From contig JBBQEB010000063.1 of assembly GCA_038320275.1 (NCBI GenBank), positions 1-19,951 on the forward strand: DNA of 19,951 nt, read 5' to 3'. The notes under the pieces were generated by a model, which searched no databases, was not told the DNA's origin, and worked only from the letters and a program-made list of their open reading frames with translations. Every line of letters begins with the position of its first letter. Position 1 is the stretch's first letter. A program made the translations under genes and the position numbers. This document shows positions 17,747-19,951 of the stretch, in pieces. The stretch comes from Myxococcales bacterium. GTDB taxonomy: Bacteria; Myxococcota; Myxococcia; Myxococcales; Anaeromyxobacteraceae.

Positions 17747-19533
17747 GATAACGGAGGAGCCGCCGCGGGTCTTCGGGGAAGGCGGCTCGCCAGCGTCGGG
17801 AACGCGCGCGCCAGCTCCGCTTCGAGCAGGGCCTGGATCTCGTCGGCGGCGGTCAGCTCGAGCATCCGTTCGAGCAGCCGCCGTCCGTCCGCCGCGGAAG
17901 CAGAGCGGATGACGTCCTTCACCGCGGGGATCGACGCGCCGTTCATGGAGAGCTCGGAGAGACCGAGGCCGAGCAGCACCGGCGCGTAGATGGGGTCCCC
18001 TGCCATCTCCCCGCAGATGGACACGGGGATCCCGGCGGAGCGGGCCGCCTCGCAGACGCCCTTCAGCATGCGCAGCACGGCGAGGTGGAGGGGGCGGTAG
18101 AGGTGGGCCACGTCCCGGTTCTGCCGGTCGATCGCCATCGTGTACTGGATGAGATCGTTCGTCCCGAGGGAGAGGAAATCACACTCGCGGGCGAGCCGGT
18201 CGGCGACCATGACCGCCGAGGGAAGCTCGACCATGATGCCGGTGGGGGGGAGCGCCGTCTCGATTCCCTCGCGGCGCAGCTCCTCGCGCGCCTCGGCGAG
18301 GAATCGCTTGGCCGCCCGCAGCTCGCCGATGTCCGCCACCATGGGGAACATGATGCGCAGGTTCCCGTGCTTGCCCGCGCGCAGGAGCCCGCGGAGCTGG
18401 GGCCGGAACAGCTCCGGGTGGCGCAGGCAGTAGCGGATGGCGCGCAGCCCGAGGGCGGGGTTCTCATCGTGGCTGCGGGCGCCGGAGGGCAGCTTGTCCC
18501 CGCCCAGGTCGAAGGTGCGAATGGTCACCGGCCGAGGAGTCATCGCCTCGAGGATGCCGCGATAGGTGGAGCAATGCTCCTCCTCGGTGGGCAGTCGCGG
18601 GCGCCCCATGAACAGGAACTCGGTCCGGTAGAGGCCGATGCCCTCGCCGCCATGCGCGAGGAGCGCCGTCACCTCCTCCGCGAACTCGATGTTGCCGACG
18701 AGCCGCACGGTGATGCCGTCGAGGGTGGTGGACGGGAGCTCGCGGGTCGCGAGCCGGGCGCGCTGCGCCTCGAGCCAGGCTTCGCGCGCCAGCTCGTGCG
18801 CGGCGCACTCCTCCGCGGTGGGAGAGAGGATCACGACGCCCCGGGTGCCGTCCACCGCCATGAGATCGCCGCGCCGGGCGAGCGCGGTGGCGCGCCGGGT
18901 GCCCACCACCGCGGGCACCTCCAGCGCGCGAGCCACGATGGCGGTGTGGGAGGTTTTCGAACCGCCGTCGGTGACGAAGGCGGCCACCTTGCGCTCGTGC
19001 AGGAGGAGCGCCGTGTCGGCCGGGGACAGGTCGTGCGCCACCACCACCGACCCGTCGGGCGGCAGCTCGGCGACATCCACCACCTCGCCCATCAGGTTCT
19101 TGATGATGCGCTCGCCCACGTGGTCGAGGTCGGCCCGCCGCTCGCGGAAGTAGGCGTCGGCGGAGAGGTGGAAGGCGCTCTTGATCTTGCGGACGGCGCG
19201 CTTCACCGCCCACTCGGCGTTGACGTGCTCGTCCGCCACCAGCCGCTGCGCCTCGAGGACGAGCATCTCGTCCTTCAGCATGAGCCGGTGCATGTCGAGG
19301 ATGTCGGTATGCTCGGTGGCCTCGAGCCGCTCCACGCGCGTGCGCACCGACTCGAGCTGTCGGTCGGCAGCCTCCAGCGCGCCGCGCAACCGGGCGAGCT
19401 CCCGCGCGACCTCGCCGTCGGCGATGCGCCGGCGGGGCGTGCGCACCTTGCGCCGGTCCACCGGCCAGCAGCGCCCGATGGCGACGCCCGGGCTCGCCGC
19501 CAGCCCCTGGAGCAAGGTGGAGGAGCCCGGCAC
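17743..19533 (-). CDS. ptsI: PEP-protein phosphotransferase (PTS enzyme I)
   Basis: [20 protein letters not shown] phospho-His motif, [38 protein letters not shown] and ICGEMAG. Start is GTG 19533 (GGAG 8 nt upstream) or GTG 19539 (GTGA overlap). No GAF domain. Confidence 0.96.
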   Translation of the reverse strand: MPGSSTLLQGLAASPGVAIGRCWPVDRRKVRTPRRRIADGEVARELARLRGALEAADRQLESVRTRVERLEATEHTDILDMHRLMLKDEMLVLEAQRLVADEHVNAEWAVKRAVRKIKSAFHLSADAYFRERRADLDHVGERIIKNLMGEVVDVAELPPDGSVVVAHDLSPADTALLLHERKVAAFVTDGGSKTSHTAIVARALEVPAVVGTRRATALARRGDLMAVDGTRGVVILSPTAEECAAHELAREAWLEAQRARLATRELPSTTLDGITVRLVGNIEFAEEVTALLAHGGEGIGLYRTEFLFMGRPRLPTEEEHCSTYRGILEAMTPRPVTIRTFDLGGDKLPSGARSHDENPALGLRAIRYCLRHPELFRPQLRGLLRAGKHGNLRIMFPMVADIGELRAAKRFLAEAREELRREGIETALPPTGIMVELPSAVMVADRLARECDFLSLGTNDLIQYTMAIDRQNRDVAHLYRPLHLAVLRMLKGVCEAARSAGIPVSICGEMAGDPIYAPVLLGLGLSELSMNGASIPAVKDVIRSASAADGRRLLERMLELTAADEIQALLEAELARAFPTLASRLPRRPAAAPPLS

Positions 19534-19535
19534 GT

Positions 19536-19808
19536 TCACTTCTCCCCGAAGCCGTTCTCGACCACGGCCGCGACCGCGGCCATGGCGACGTCCGCATCCT
19601 CGCCCTCGCACCAGACCCCGATGCGCGTGCCCTTGGCGGCGGCCAGCGTGAGGACGCCCATGATGCTCTTCCCGTTCACCTCCATGTCGTCCTTCACGAC
19701 GTGGACCTCCGCGCGAAAGCGATTGGCGCACTGGACGAGCTGCGCCGCGGCCCGGGCGTGCAGCCCGAGGGTATTCACGATGAGAAAGATTCGTTCCACG
19801 CGTGGCAT
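19536..19808 (-). CDS. ptsH: Phosphocarrier protein HPr
   Basis: GLHARAA (His15 motif) and NGKSIMGV (Ser46 motif); 90 aa. Confidence 0.96.
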   Translation of the reverse strand: MPRVERIFLIVNTLGLHARAAAQLVQCANRFRAEVHVVKDDMEVNGKSIMGVLTLAAAKGTRIGVWCEGEDADVAMAAVAAVVENGFGEK

Positions 19809-19832
19809 CTAGTGCCTCGACCCAGGCATGGT

Positions 19833-19951
19833 GACGTGACGAGAGCGACGAGACCGAAGCGAGGCAGGCGCCCGAGGAGGGAGCAGCGGAGTCGTAGCAG
19901 CGCTACGGCGAGCAGCGGAGCGACGAGGCCGCCTGCCGCAGCGAGAGGATC
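19833..19951. repeat. Palindromic extragenic repeat-like element (RPE/MITE-like), probably truncated by the window edge
   Basis: An inverted pair ggcaggcg (19863-19870) / cgcctgcc (19930-19937) encloses two direct copies of gagcagcggag (19881-19891, 19910-19920). These flank a hairpin cgtagc-agc-gctacg (19893-19907). Only one copy is in the window, so dispersal is unproven. Confidence 0.5.

Noticed and set aside
18085..19812. 575-aa plus-strand ORF
   Set aside because: It is an antisense shadow of ptsI and ptsH.
19881..19920. CRISPR-like repeat-spacer unit
   Set aside because: There are only two 11-bp repeats with an 18-nt spacer, which is too short, and no cas genes are present.

Overview
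Very GC-rich bacterial DNA whose gene content and style suggest Myxococcota (Anaeromyxobacter-like; inference). It is mostly core genome. Left to right: a TamB-like gene running off the left edge and an Omp85/TamA-family gene (both minus); an SprT/YgjP-like HExxH protein (minus); a LarA-family nickel-pincer racemase (plus); an NFACT/RqcH-family protein preceded by a 40-aa Lys/Ala-rich sORF missing from the ORF track (minus); a divergent exbB/tolQ-exbD/tolR-tonB-like motor operon (plus); then a long minus-strand run, in transcription order ptsH, ptsI, metK, uppP, CoA-type Nudix, mannose-1-phosphate guanylyltransferase, PMM/PGM and ROK kinase. A palindromic repeat-like element lies at the right edge. 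I found no rRNA, tRNA, CRISPR array, transposase or integrase, and no clear new multi-gene system. Best leads: (i) tamB appears to start at ACG behind a perfect Shine-Dalgarno; (ii) the RqcH homolog has altered tRNA-decoding motifs and lies downstream of a Lys/Ala sORF plus a stable hairpin; (iii) a perfect 21-bp palindrome in the divergent promoter region; (iv) a possibly lipidated TamA; (v) an orphan, apparently leaderless larA. Family calls rest on motif recognition from memory, not on database searches.
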